DNA of 64,000 nucleotides from Octopus sinensis (Eukaryota), in the NCBI RefSeq assembly GCF_006345805.1, contig NC_043010.1, positions 15,438,001-15,502,000 on the forward strand. Reading direction: 5' to 3'. The translations under genes were made by a program, and so were the position numbers. The notes beneath the pieces are model-generated. The model searched no databases, was not told where the DNA came from, and worked only from the letters and a program-made list of their open reading frames with translations. Below, one piece after another: positions 1-13,172 of this stretch; the stretch's first letter is position 1; each line of letters opens with the position of its first letter.

Positions 1-516
1 ATGGACAAAATATTTTTGTAGAATTTGTCCTGGAAATCCATACTCTGAATTCAAATACCTCGGGTCAACTTAACACACACACAAAAAAGACAGAAGACTA
101 ATCCGACTGGTGCTTACATTTCTTGCAGACTTCTCCAGCACATAAGAGAGATAGAAAGAGGAAGTAAGCGATTGCATGGTCCTCATCCTTTTCTCGAATG
201 CTTAAAATTGTGTAGTAAGTGAATGGAAATGGCTTACGTATACACATCACACAACCCTTACAAACTTAATATTGGACGGCCAGTAAAGTGTGTTTATAGA
301 GAACATTCACAAAACAAGCAATGCAGCAGAGCAGAAAGCCAAAAGCAGCTAAACACTCACACACGAACAAATTACAAGAAGCGCACACAAGGCTTTTAAA
401 GAAGTGCCCTCATCAGAACCAACCACCAAAAACTGAACAGAACAAAGGAAACTTCATATCCGTAAGGTTTTCCGCACTAAAGAGCGTAACTGAATTCCAA
501 ACAGATACCAGAATTA

Positions 517-548
<32 letters not shown>

Positions 549-641
549 GTGTATATATAATACACATACATACATATATACATGTGTGTATATATATATA
601 TAGACACATGTATATATATATATATCACATGTGTGTATATA

Positions 642-679
<38 letters not shown>

Positions 680-680
680 C

Positions 681-713
<33 letters not shown>

Positions 714-802
714 GACACATGTTATACACACATATATATATTGTTGTATTTAGGAATGGTCATTTTTGCCAGTTTAGCAATAATGTATAACGTATATAAT
801 AT

Positions 803-861
<59 letters not shown>

Positions 862-1310
862 TAGGGGGAGACTTGAAAGGTCTTTTTAATAAAATAAATT
901 TAAATATTTGTTCTCTTCATAGATCGTATTCCAAACTCCAAACAGCTCATTGCATTTCAATAAATTTAGAGAGAATTTTTAGTAAAATAAATTAACTTTC
1001 ATTTTTTCCCGTTTGGGAAAAAGTTCTTACATGAAATTACACAGAAAAGTTTTTTCGTTTCTTTTTTTTTTTTTTTTTACTTAATTACAATTTAAAACTA
1101 GTATTTTCTTAATATCATATCATTATTAGAACCAGGTGGTCTTTGGTGGCAGCTGCGGCAGTAGTGGTGGTGGGGGTTTGATAATAATAATAACAGTACT
1201 TTCTACTCCGACCCCCCTTCACCAGACATCCTAAATGCATCTTTCAAATTAAAAGCTTAATCAACTTGATAGATTAACAGGCTTGTCTTATCTAAATACG
1301 GTTGCAAAAC

Positions 1311-1795
1311 ACCGCAAAGCATTTTCAGCTCATTCCTATCGCATTTAATACACTCAGACAGCAAATTCTTAGATTGGCACCAGACCACAAATTGAAGGGA
1401 GAACGTGGGGGGTGGGGCGGGGCGGGGCGGAGGGCGCAGTCAGTTCGATTGAACCGAACCCCAGTGTATTTACTGGTACTGCTGAGTTATCATCATCATC
1501 ACCATTATTACTGATTCAAATTTTTGTACAGCATAAGTTACAGGGACATAAACACATAAGTTACAGGGACATAAACCGCAAAGCATTTTCAGCTCATTCC
1601 TATCGCATTTAATACACTCAGACAGCAAATTCTTAGATTGGCACCAGACCACAAATTGAAGGGAGAACGTGGGGGGTGGGGCGGGGCGGGGGGGCGCAGT
1701 CAGTTCGATTGAACCGAACCCCAGTGTATTTACTGGTACCGTTGAGTTATCATCATCATCATTTTTGTACAGCGTAAGTTACAGGGACATAAACA
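1311..1795. repeat. Tandem duplication of a ~264-bp unit containing a G-rich tract
   Basis: accgcaaagcattttcagctc...ttatcatcatc starts at 1311 and again at 1575, near-identical. Confidence 0.9.
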
Positions 1796-1920
1796 CACCA
1801 ACACCGGTTGTCAACAACGAAGATAGTTGATGTTAGATACAGGGGTACAAGTAAGTAGGCACAAGATCGTAAATGCAGAAATGGCTATGGTGGTGGGTGC
1901 AGTTCATTAAATAATCATCA

Positions 1921-2390
1921 CTTGTGCTTGACGTGACTGCGAAGACCCGACAAATGAAGTGAGTTCATGGCTCGCAGGACTGCCCCGCTGCGCTTAACGG
2001 GGACCGTAGGACGACCTGCTGTGCTTGAGGAGACCTATTGAGTCAAGTATATCAACATCAAAATAAAAATCAAATGGAAATTGTAGTTGTGATACCTGTT
2101 CCGGTGGCACGTCAAAAGCACCATCCGAACGTGGCTGATGCCAGCGCCGCCTTGACTGGCGTCCGAGCTGGTGGCACGTAAAAAGCACCAACTGATCATG
2201 GCTGTTGCCAGCCTCCGCTGGCCCCTGTGCCAGTGGCACGTAAAAATCACCCACTACACTCATGGAGTGGTTGGTGTTAGGAAGGGCATCCAGCTGTAGA
2301 AACAGTGCCAGATCAGACTGGGGCCTGGTGCAGCCTCCTGGCTTCCCAGACCCCAGATGATGATGATGATCCCAGAAGGATGACAGGTAA
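1921..2390 (+). mobile_element. SINE-like family C, with internal gtgccggtggcacgtaaaaagcacc modules and a (GAT)n tail
   Basis: The same body recurs at about 3675-3960(+), 11565-11830(-), 11870-12310(-, degenerate), 13525-13775(-), 17890-18305(+), 25850-26092(-), 32470-32900(+), 36140-36310(-) and 40725-40970(-). Confidence 0.8.
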
Positions 2391-2680
2391 AGTTGACCCC
2401 CACAGCACTTGAACACAAAACCTGTAGAGATAACTTTAAAAAGTATAAAAAGTATATAAAAAAAATTACCTAACAATGGTGACTCTACCATTACAATAGT
2501 AAAATCCAAGAGCCTAAAGCTACTGTTACGAGGTTCGAATCCTGCTAAGGTCAACTTTGCCTTTTGTAACTTTGGGGTAAATAAAAAAAATTATCAGTCA
2601 GTGAAGCTCGGGGGGGGGGGATAATACTATCTGTCCTGCTTCTCAGAATTGCTGGCCTTGAGCCTAAATTAGAAATAATA

Positions 2681-2749
2681 ATGTGGTCTAGTGGTTAGGA
2701 TTCCTGGCTTTCACCCAGGCGGGCCCGGGTTCGATTCCCGGCATGGGAA
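2681..2749 (+). pseudogene. 5'-truncated tRNA-Glu(TTC) copy
   Basis: atgTGGTCTAGTGGTTAGGATTCCTGGCTTTCACCCAGGCGGGCCCGGGTTCGATTCCCGGCATGGGAA has A/B boxes and a cctgg/ccagg anticodon stem with TTC at 2710-2712. The 5' acceptor strand (expected tcccatg) is reduced to atg, and the variable region has an extra G. Confidence 0.8.
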
Positions 2750-5741
2750 CGCTATGTTGTCCAACCCATGCTAGCATGGAAAGTGAACGCTAAACGATGA
2801 TGATTATGATGATGATGTGAACGTGAGTCTGATTTTGCACCACCTCCTCTTCACCAAAACATTGTCAGTTCAAGATGGCCAGATATCTCCCACAGGACCA
2901 ACTGACTTTTTTATCTTTTATTTGTTTCAGACATTAGACTGAGGCCATGCTGGGGTACCGACTTGAAGAATTTTTAGTCGAATGAAGCAAAGCCATCACT
3001 TATTTCCATTTCTTCTCCCTTTTTTTTTTTTGTTAAACCTGGTACCTATTCTATCAGTTACTTTTACCGAACCGCTAAGTTACAAGGATATAAACACAGA
3101 CACAATGGCCATGCAGACGACCGACCTTCTTTCAGTTTCTGTCTACCAAATCCACTCACAAGACTTTGATTGGCCTGAGAATATAGTAGAAGACACTTGC
3201 CCAAGGTGCCATGCAGTGAGACTGAACCTGGAACCATGTGGTTGGGAAGCAAGCTTCTTATCATATGTCCAGAACCTATATTTTGTATACACACATACAG
3301 ATCAGAATTCCACTATTACTATTATCGTTTCCATTATTATTATCATCATTTTCCTTACTACAATCATCATCCTCATGTTTATATTTGGCCCCTTACAAAT
3401 TTGGCCGATCCTCTTACATTCCTTCCTAAAGAGTTCGTATCACACATTCAGAAACATGTCTTGATACATTCCTCACTTGTGTGTGTTTGTGAGGTTTCTC
3501 ATATTCTTACTCAGTCGTCAAATCAGTCTTCAGAGAGAAGCATGCAAGGACTTCTAAAAATCTCTACTTGGCGTCAGTTCAACTCCAGAAGGTTGCTCTC
3601 TATACACGGAACATAGTTAAATAAAGACTGCACACTTATATACATATATGTCATATATATATATATATATATTACCAATGTCGCCTTACTGGCACCTGTG
3701 CAGGTGGCATGTATAAAAGGATTTGAGCGAGGTCATTGCCAGTACCACCCAACTGGCCCCTGTGCCGGTGGCACGTAAAAAGCACCCACTACACTCTCAG
3801 AGTGGTTGGCGTTAGGAAGGGCATCCAGCTGTAGAAACTCTGCCAGATCAAGATTGAAGACTGGTGCAGCAGCCATCTGGTTCGCCAGCCCTCAGTCAAA
3901 ATCGTCCAACCCATGCTAGCATGGAAAGCGGATGTTAAACGATGATGATGATGATGATGACACTTAACAGGTTACGATTGATATCTGAGTCATAGGCTGG
4001 AAATGTTAAGGCAAGAGAAGAACAAAATGGAATAGAGAAAACACGAGGAGACACATGGGATGGTGAGTCGTTGAAGAGGTCACAGTGTGGTGAAAGAACT
4101 TTGACAGACAAACTAAAGATGATAATAAAACTTAAGTGAAGATCAAATAGTGTGTATGTTTAATTAACAAAAGGTGACCATCCCCAACTATACGAGTGTG
4201 TGTGTGTGTGTACACACACAAAGCGACTATACATACATATATGTACTTAATGTAAATCACTGAATTTAAAAAACTTAATTGCTGTTAGATAATTAACGGC
4301 ATGGTATGCTGGCCAGATATTTGTAAAGCAGCAGAAAGTTCTGCTTGATACAATCTAACCCCACATTATTGGAATCTCAAATGTAAAGGTGTTTAAATAA
4401 AATGATGATGATGATAATAATAATAATAATAATAATGATAATAATTATAAATTCTTACACAGACACAAAGCCATAGGATTTCGAGAGAAGGGTGTATGTA
4501 TTCAAGTTAACCCAGAAAGGTGAAAGACAAAGTCAATCCCAGCAGGATTTGATCTCAGAATATAGCAGCTAATCGTAACACATTTAATGATGATTTCTTA
4601 CAAAAACACAAGGCCCCAAATTAGAGGAGGGGAGGGAATGGTTGATTATATTGATCCCAAGGATTTGACTGGCACTTTTTATCTGCAACGACCCTCAAAA
4701 GGGAGAGTAAGGAAGTGAAGCGAAGTGGATATGAGCAGGATTTGAAACTTGGCAAAATGCTTTGAGGTATTTTGTTTGATCCTCCACCGATTCTGATTTT
4801 TAAATAATAATAATAATAACAACGATGGTTTCAAATTTAGGCACAAGGCCAGCAATTTCAGGGGGGGGGGAAGAGTGTTTAAGTCAATCACACTAACCCC
4901 AGTATTAAACTGGTACTAATTTTATCGGTTCCAAAAAGGATGAAAGGCAAAGTTGGTTGACCCAGGCAGAATTTGAACTCAGAACATAAAGACAGACAAA
5001 CAAAATCCTGCTAAGCACTTTGCCCAGTGTGCTAACGTTTCTGCAGCTCACCACCATAATAATAATAATAATTGATATTAATAATAATAATAATAACAAT
5101 AAGGATGGTGATAATTACTTTCAAACTTAAGTCTAATGCTCCAAATTTTGGTTAGAGGGAGTAAGATGTATCAACCCTACACATATAGAAAGCAATGTTG
5201 ATCATGGAACAATTTAAAAAACAAAAATCATACAGAAGAAATGTAACTAAATATCCCTTCTTCCTTACCGATTGTACTAATTTAAATAATAATAATAATA
5301 ATAATAATACTTCTATGACCACAGTACATGATAATAGTAACCCCATCCCAGGATACAGTGGTTCACCTTTCCCCCCCAGTGCGTTTTCTCTTGGCTCATG
5401 TTTCACTTGACTCACACAGCTTTTTTTGTTAAGTTAGAAGGGCATGCGCAATGGAGGGGGTAACAAACACACACACACACACATACACACACATGCGCAC
5501 AAAAACCCTTCCCGCCCTCTCTCATGTACACACACAAAAAGTATATCTCCACCTCCCCCTTCGAAACATGGTTATGATGACCCGCAGGCATATGTACATT
5601 TCAAAATAAAATAATGAAAAAAAAAAATTTTAATTTAAAAAAAAAAGTGATTTTAAAATAAAAGATGAAAAAAAAAAAACAATAATGATAATAATATTAA
5701 TAATAATAATAATAATAATAGTAAAACAGTATTAACATTTA

Positions 5742-6271
5742 TCACCTATTGACATTCAATAAAATTTCAATCCAGCACGGACAAGAAGTTATGAACTGTC
5801 TAGAGTAACAAGGACCCCAGCCTTTTGCAAAGCTGATCCGTATGGAACTGGGGTCATAAGGCCCGTCTAAATACTGAGGATCTCGGATTGCTTCAAACTG
5901 TTCCGAACATTTATAGTCAAAAATTTTGATTGAATATCCGGGCATAACTTTCCGTACCACCAGCGCTCGGCTGTTAGGGGTCTCCAGCGTGGGCGAGTTG
6001 ACGAAAATCGGGCAAGACGAACGGTTGTACGCCCATACGCCGTTGCCCTCTTTGCTTAATATGATTCCAAGTCCCAGTTTCTCGCGGGTCCGCCGAACAG
6101 CCTCCTGGCTGGACTCGGTCTGTAGAATATCGAGGCACATGCCATCACCATGAGGTAAGAGTTGAAATATGTTTATGGCTGGTTGCTGCACACGGAATAA
6201 CCGTCCCACTCGCTCCTTCATTTCCCAGTATGCGATACTGCACCAATAGTTCTGTGTACCATTGACACCAT
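5742..6271 (-). CDS. SMAD6/7: Inhibitory Smad (SMAD6/7, Dad-like), terminal exon encoding the MH2 domain
   Basis: Translation [17 protein letters not shown]...[18 protein letters not shown]...[14 protein letters not shown]...[37 protein letters not shown] is a Smad MH2 domain with I-Smad features and no C-terminal SSxS. Acceptor ttttcacag|AT at 6272/6271 (phase 1). TGA stop at 5742-5744. Confidence 0.97.
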
Positions 6272-6440
6272 CTGTGAAAAGAAAAAGAAAAACCAAAATT
6301 AGTACATCTTTGAGAGCAAAGACAAAAGATTCTTCAATCATTTATTATTGTTAGCATTTTACCGTATGTCCATTATCTGGAAATCTTTTGTCACACATCT
6401 GTGACCTTTGCAGTGGCTCTTCCGTCCATGTGTATCCTCC

Positions 6441-6657
6441 TTATTTCTTTATTGCCCACAGGGGGCTAAACATAGAGGGGACAAACGGACTAAGTCGATT
6501 ATATTGAATCCAGTGCATAACTGGTACTTATTTAATCGACCACGAAAGGATGAAAGGCAAAGTCGACCTCGGCGGAATTTGAACTCAGAACGTAACGGCA
6601 GACGAAATACTGCTAAGCATTTCGCCCAGCATGCTAATGTTTCTGCCAGCTCGCCTC
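6441..6657 (-). mobile_element. tRNA-derived SINE family B, full-length copy
   Basis: Head ggcgagctggcagaaac..., body gaggtcgactttgcctttcatcctttcg..., tail gtgggcaataaagaaat. Other copies at about 4800-5050, 12391-12612, 12975-14030, 27740-27860, 30244-30466, 33008-33224, 39105-39935, 43828-44060, 56179-56396 and 59190-59280. Confidence 0.85.
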
Positions 6658-7364
6658 CTTTCTGTTTTGTTTAGTCCATTCTCAGAACAGGAAGATATAT
6701 GTGGATGGAAGAGTTGCTGAAGAGGTCACAGATGTGTGGTGAAAGATTTCCAGACGATGGACATTTATCTCAATAAACAATGATGTGTTATATATTTGCA
6801 CACATATACCACCAAACAGTTCTATGAGTGAAAGAAAGCTTCTATGTGATCAGGCAATCGGCTTGAAATAACAGCTAAATCCCATTTTAAGAAAGGAACA
6901 TGTTGAGTAATGTGACCCTACAATCCTTGCACACAAGAAAACAATGATGATGAAATAGAATAAACAGCAGAGTGTAATATGAGAGAGTGGACCACAGGTT
7001 GGGGACCACTGCTCTACAGTTACTTGACCAGCAAAAAATATCAACCGAATCTTTCTCAAATAGCACCCTACCATCTTTAGAGCAAAGAAAAAAAAAAAAG
7101 AAAAAGCTGTGTGGTAAGAAGTTTGCTTCCCAACCACAATGGTACTGAGATCAGTCCCACTTCATGGCATCCCGGGCAACTGTCTTCTATAAGCCTCAGG
7201 CCGACCAAAGCCTTGCAAGTAAGAGGTAGATGGAAACTGAAAGAAGCCTGTTATATATATATATATATATAGCATGGAAAACGGACGCTAAATGATGATG
7301 ATGATGATATATATAAATAAATATATATATTTATACATATCTATATATAAACATACACACACAC

Positions 7365-7397
<33 letters not shown>

Positions 7398-7736
7398 CAT
7401 GTCTTTGTGTCCATCCATGGCCCCCTCACCACAACTTGATAACCAGTGTTGGAGTGTTTATGTCCCTGTAAACTTAGCAGACCAGTGCAAAAGACCGATA
7501 AAATAAATACCAGTCTTAAAAATCAGTTAAGTACTGGGGTAGTCCAACTAAAACTCTACAAGGCAGCAGGCCCCAGCATGGCCACAATCCAATGACTGAA
7601 ATAAGTGAGAAGGTGGAAAAAAAGTAAAAGAAGATATACGTATGATAACGCAGCCCTGGATAAACGAGGTCAGTAGAAGACGATGGGAAAGGATCTTGGG
7701 CAAAAAGGTATCCTTCATTGTATGTCTTCTTTTCTT

Positions 7737-8140
7737 TTTCTTTTTTACTTGTTTCAGTCATTTGACTGCGGCCATGCTGGAGCACCGCCTTTAGTCGAGC
7801 AAATCGACCCCGGGACTTATTCTTTTTAAGCCTAGTACTTATTCTATCGGTCTCTTTTGCCGAACCGCTAATGTTACAGGGACATAAACACACCAGCATC
7901 GGTTGTCAAGCAATGCTAGGGGGAGAAACACAGACACAGAAACATACACGCTCACACACACATATATATATGTATATATATATATATACGATGGGCTTCT
8001 TTCAGTTTCCGTCTACCAAATCCACTGGTCGGCCTGAGGCTATAGTAGGAAGACACTTGCCCAAGGTGCCATACAGTGGGACTGAACCCGGAACCATGTG
8101 GTCGGTAAGCAAGCTACTTACCACACAGCCACTCCTGCGC
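7737..8140 (-). mobile_element. tRNA-derived SINE family A (CORE-like segment, internal TA/CA microsatellite), full-length copy
   Basis: Head ggcgcaggagtggctgtgtggtaag..., ccttgggcaagtgtcttc segment, tail gactgaaacaagtaaaag. More than 20 copies in the window, e.g. 2915-3260, 7106-7610, 14446-14900, 17192-17572, 18893-19300, 20120-20490, 23790-24170, 24856-25272, 31520-31965, 40234-40625, 44940-45350, 49455-49822, 55131-55482 and 62921-63345. Confidence 0.88.
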
Positions 8141-9112
8141 CAGTCTGCAGGCCTACTTTTAAATCAGGCCCCAACTAAAGGGCCAAAGAACAGCAACATT
8201 CCTCACAATATTACAACTACCACCGCCGCCACCATCACAACTGCTGCCTTCACCACCACTGCCACCACAACCACCACCACCACATACTGTTGCAGAGTGC
8301 ATAGTGGGCTATTAAGGTATAGATTTTGCTGGAAAGATAACTAGCCAAGCATTCAGTGAAGGAAGGTGGTGGATGGTGAAATTCTCAGGTAAGGAGAGCA
8401 AACTGCAGAAAGGTATGTAACATGTATTCATGTGTGTGTGTGTGTGTGTGTGTGAGTGTGTATGAGGGTGTACGTGTGTATGCATTGTGTGTACCTATCG
8501 CTTACACATTATGTTATGTACTACAGCGACACAGACACAGCGGAACACAGTAGTATGGTGAAGACTGTGTATAAAGGTGGTCTAATTCCTGGCGTTGGCG
8601 GTAGCAGAGAGAGAGGGGTGGAGGAACAAAGAGGGTACACGTTGTGGTGGAGAGGACGGCGGGGGGGGGAAGTAGCAGGTAGCTGGTGTGGCAGTGGTGG
8701 TGGTGGGAGTAGTGAGAGGCAGGTAAAAGACCAAGAGAACAACAAAAAAGGAAAAAAGGTATAAAGAAGTAAACAGAATACACACACACACACACACACA
8801 CAGGAAGTTATGTAGAAATAGGGACATAGCAGTAACAGGGCTGGGGGAGCCGCGGGGGGGGAAGGGATATGGAGAGAAAGGGGTATGAGTGATGAAGAGA
8901 CAAATGTCTTAAGACAAACACACAGACAGACGCACACACTCACACACACGGACACACAGCATACGCATCCATACTTGTGTTCAGCAACCCTTCCTCATGC
9001 ACAGACACACACACACACACACACACACACCACACACAGAAAGCTCCCCTTGTTTATTGGAGGACTTCTCAGTAGAACATTCCATTAAGTTGTAACAAAC
9101 TTGTGTTGCTAA

Positions 9113-9144
<32 letters not shown>

Positions 9145-9758
9145 CATACATACATACATATATATATAGAGAGAGAGCTCTTAAGGGACTTAATGTACAT
9201 TATAAAGAGAGTATGGAGCACCCCTCTTTTTGTATGTATGTATATGTGTGTGTGCATTTATATATATATATATATATATATATGTGGTGGTGTGTGTGTG
9301 TATATATATATATATATATCATTAATTAAAATCTTAGGGTAGCAAGAATAGTCATCAAAAAATTCTTAGTTACCAGTGGTCTAGCAAGAAAGAAAAAAAT
9401 TAGTCAATAGACTATATATTATTCAGAGAAGAATTATTTTATTTCAATCTGTATTTAAGTCTGCAGAAACCTTGCAGGGTCGAGGATTAAGGTAAAAGTT
9501 TTTATTTTTCAATCACTTTCGGAATTACAACAGTCGGTGGCTTGGAGTTTTAACTGCTGTTTCTAGCGAGCCAGATATCCTATTCTTCGGGTATTCTTCT
9601 ATATATATATATATATATATTCTATTATTCTTTGGTTCCAGTCGTGACTGAGGTCATACTGGAGCACCGCCTTTAGTCAACCAAATCGACCCCAGGACTT
9701 ATTCTTTGTAACCCTAAAACTTATTCCATCAGTCCCACATATTATACACACACACACA

Positions 9759-9965
9759 CGAGGGGGTGCTGAAAAGTTCCTGGCTTTAAGAGTATTGCGA
9801 AAGGCCGGGTCGGAGGCCGAACCCAAACCTCAGTTCATTTACAGGGCTTAGAAAAACTGAAGGGCCACTGCAATAAGTGTGTGAATCTGAGAGGGGAATA
9901 TGTTGAATAAAATCATAATAGTATTTTCTTTTACCTGAAGTTAGGAGCTTTTCAGTACCATTTGT
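9759..9965. mobile_element. Tc1/mariner-type MITE (degenerate)
   Basis: cgagggggtgctgaaaagttcc ... ggagcttttcagtacc inverted termini. Same family as 24188-24383. Confidence 0.6.
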
Positions 9966-9971
9966 TTGTAC

Positions 9972-10045
<74 letters not shown>

Positions 10046-10402
10046 GCGTGCAATATATGGATTTATAGAATTGTCTGGCAATCACAGAAAGCTCCTCAAG
10101 CAGACTCCGTTAGCAGACCACACAGTAATCCTATGCAGGGGACCTAGAAGCTTTCTTTTTTACTCATCAATATATATTACGATGTTGTTTATTAAAGCCT
10201 GTGACTGCACCTGACTGAACAAACTTATGATCAAAGACATTCCACACCCAACCACTCCATTTATTGTTTGAGGCCTAGGTCAGGCATGAACGAACAAACC
10301 TATAATCAAAGACATTCTACATCCCAGCCATGTCCAGATGATTTTGGCCAAAATATGACCTGCTCTCCTTTTTGAGAAGGAAGTACAGGCACTACAGAAT
10401 GG

Positions 10403-10810
10403 GGATCTTTTCGGTTTGACCGGCAGTTTTTTCTAGCGGTGTCATATGAAATTGTCACCCATAATTATGACCCTAGTATCGATCTATTGCATTTCAATCT
10501 GTTTCAGGGTCAGGGTTAGTTAGGGAGGAAGGGTATCTTTTTTTCTTCACAATCTGTTTCTTAAACGAGGGACATATTCATATGGCACAGAATGCTTTTT
10601 TTTTACCTCAATAGACGCATTGATTGGTTGAAATTCCCGAAATTGATGAAAAAAAAAAACAACAACAAATATCTTACAAACTATAGAATTTTCTCAAAAA
10701 AGCCAAGAGAAAAAGATGTTTTATAAACACATTCTACCAGTATGCGAAGTTTAAAAGTGTTTAGTTACGTGGAAATTATTTTAAAAAACTGCCATTCAAA
10801 ACAAAGATCC
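10403..10810. mobile_element. ~408-bp MITE with GGATCTTTTCGGTTTGA TIRs and a perfect 8-bp TSD (cagaatgg)
   Basis: ~28-bp TIRs. TSD cagaatgg at 10395-10402 and 10811-10818. Confidence 0.9.
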
Positions 10811-12390
10811 CAGAATGGTGGGTTCAGTCCCACTGTGTGGCATCTCAGCCAAGTGTCTTCTACTATTGTCCCAGGTTATAGAAGACAGAAGCTTAAAGAA
10901 GTCCACCATATATATGTGTGTGTGTGTGTGTCACTACCAGACATTCTACTGCGAAAAAAATGCTAGGTCATGGGGAAATATTACCTTACTTGGAAACAGG
11001 CAAGAGTTGGCAGCAGGAAGAGCATCTGAAGGATCTTAAATGATGATGATGATGATGATGATGTGATTCGATAGAATTCAACTGTTGTTTCTAGCAAACC
11101 AGCTGACTCCTAAGCTGCTCCTTCCTATACTGGGATGTGTTATTAACACCACAGCTAAATGAGGTCACCTGTTTAGAACAAAGGCCTTAAATGAGGTCAG
11201 CTGTTCAGAACACCAGAGCACTTCTCTCAGGAAGACAGGGAGAACCTTCAACCCCCCCCCCAACCCTTTCATATCTGGGATCCTCTCCAACTTACAGTCT
11301 GGGGTAATAAATTTTTAGACACTGAGCAGAAAAAGAAAGAACAAATAGATTTCACAAATAGAAAAGATATCCAGACATTTGTGGCAGCCACTTGATAATA
11401 ATAATAATAATTTTGCACTTCCACTGTGCCTCCGGAAACATGACACTCTCTTGGGCCACCCAAATTACTCTCCTCATCATACTTAAGGAGAGCACTCACC
11501 ATAGTGCTGTTAGAGGTGAACCTGGTGCAGAAAAAAAAAGGGTCTGTACCTCCCCCTCATATCACACTATCATCATCATCATCATCGTTTAATGTCCACT
11601 CTGCATGCTGGCATGGGTTGGACGGTTTGATGGGGGACTGGCGAACCAGATGGCTGCGCTAGGCTCCAATCTTGATCTGGCAGAGTTTCTACAGCTGGAT
11701 GCCCTTCCCAATGCCAACCACTCCGAGAGTGTAGTGGGTGATTTATGTGCCACCGGCACGAGGGCCAGTTAGGCAGTACTGGTGACGGCCACGCTCAAAT
11801 GGGGTTTCTTATGTGCCACCTGCACAGGAGCCAGTCGAGCAGCACTGGCAATGATTTTATTTAACACCGTTGTCTGTGCTGGGACATGGATTCGATGATT
11901 TGACCAGAGCTGCACAAGGCTCCAGTCTGACTTGGCATGGTTTTTATGGCAGGATGCCTTTCCTAACACAAACCACTTTACAAAGTGTGCTGGGTGCTTT
12001 TAAGCAAAACCAGCACAGGACACTTCACCAGGGAGAGCAGCCCTTAACACTTCTATTGTGGAGCACAGGCTTTCTTGAGCACTACTGCCTTGAAAAGAGG
12101 AGGACACGTTGGATAATGGTATCACCATCATCAACATTTAACATCCTTTTCCATGCAGGGCATGGGTTAGACAGCTTGACAGGAATTGGCAAGGCCAGGG
12201 GCCACCGGGTCCTATATTCTGTTTTGACTTGGTTTCTACAGCCGGATGCCTTTCCTAACACCAATCACGTAGAGTGTACCGAGTGCATTTTATGTGACAC
12301 CATCACAGGTGAACATAAAATGGAAATAACCAAAACTGAAATGTCTTTGATCTAAACAGGGGTTGGACCTAATTTGTTGAGGCAGACCTT

Positions 12391-12612
12391 ATTTCTTTAT
12401 TGCCCACAAGGGGCTAAACACAGAAGGGACAAACAAGGACAGACAAACGGATTAAGTCGATTATATCGACCCCAGTGAATAACTGGTACTTATTTAATCG
12501 AGGACGAAAGGCAAAGTCGACCTCTGCGGAATTTGAACTCAGAACGTAGCGGCACATAAAATACCGCTAAGCATTTCGCCTGGCATTCTAATGTTTCTGC
12601 CAGTTTGCCGCC
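12391..12612 (-). mobile_element. SINE family B copy with TSD
   Basis: Flanked on both sides by tgttgaggcagacctt (~12375-12390 and ~12620-12635). Confidence 0.85.
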
Positions 12613-12816
12613 CTATTGTCTGTTGAGGCAGACCTTCTGTAAGCCTGTCACCAACGCTCACCTATTTATGGGCAAGGTAGTATTTCCAATGGGAAGCAAA
12701 CTTCTTATTACACAGTGATACAGGCATCTTGAGAATGTGTACACTGAATTTGTTCATTCAAAGAAATGGAGGGAAAATAAAATATAAAACAAAGGGAGCT
12801 AATCCATGTAACTTAC

Positions 12817-12894
12817 CTGAAGAAGACAACCGATAGGGAGTTGGGGTAAGACCAGTTTCAGTTGAAACAGGATCCCTTGCCAACAACAGGCGGT
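12817..12894 (-). CDS. SMAD6/7: SMAD6/7 exon 3 (linker), 78 nt: (D)RLLLARDPVSTETGLTPTPYRLSSS(D)
   Basis: tcttttcag acceptor and G|gtaagt donor. Phase 1 at both ends and in frame with the MH2 exon. VSTETG resembles the vertebrate SMAD7 exon 3 motif SSAETGG, and the exon size is similar. Confidence 0.88.
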
Positions 12895-13137
12895 CTGAAA
12901 AGATATTGAAGAGATTTTGATCAATATAGATTCATTAATAATAATAATAATAATAATAAAAAATAAGAATAATAATCCTTTCTACTATAGGTACAAAGTT
13001 TGAATTTTTTTGGGGGGAGAGTTATGTCAATTATAGCAACCCCAGTACTACACTGGTACTTAATTTATTGACCCTGAAAGGAATGATAACCAAAGTTGAC
13101 CTCAGCGGAATTTGAACTCAGCATGCTAAATATCACC

Positions 13138-13172
<35 letters not shown>

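Noticed and set aside
395-420. CTGATGA on the minus strand
   Set aside because: No GAAA and no helices.
6272-6341. N-terminal MIEESFVF... of the 199-aa ORF
   Set aside because: It is intron read-through: a polypyrimidine tract and AG acceptor precede 6271.
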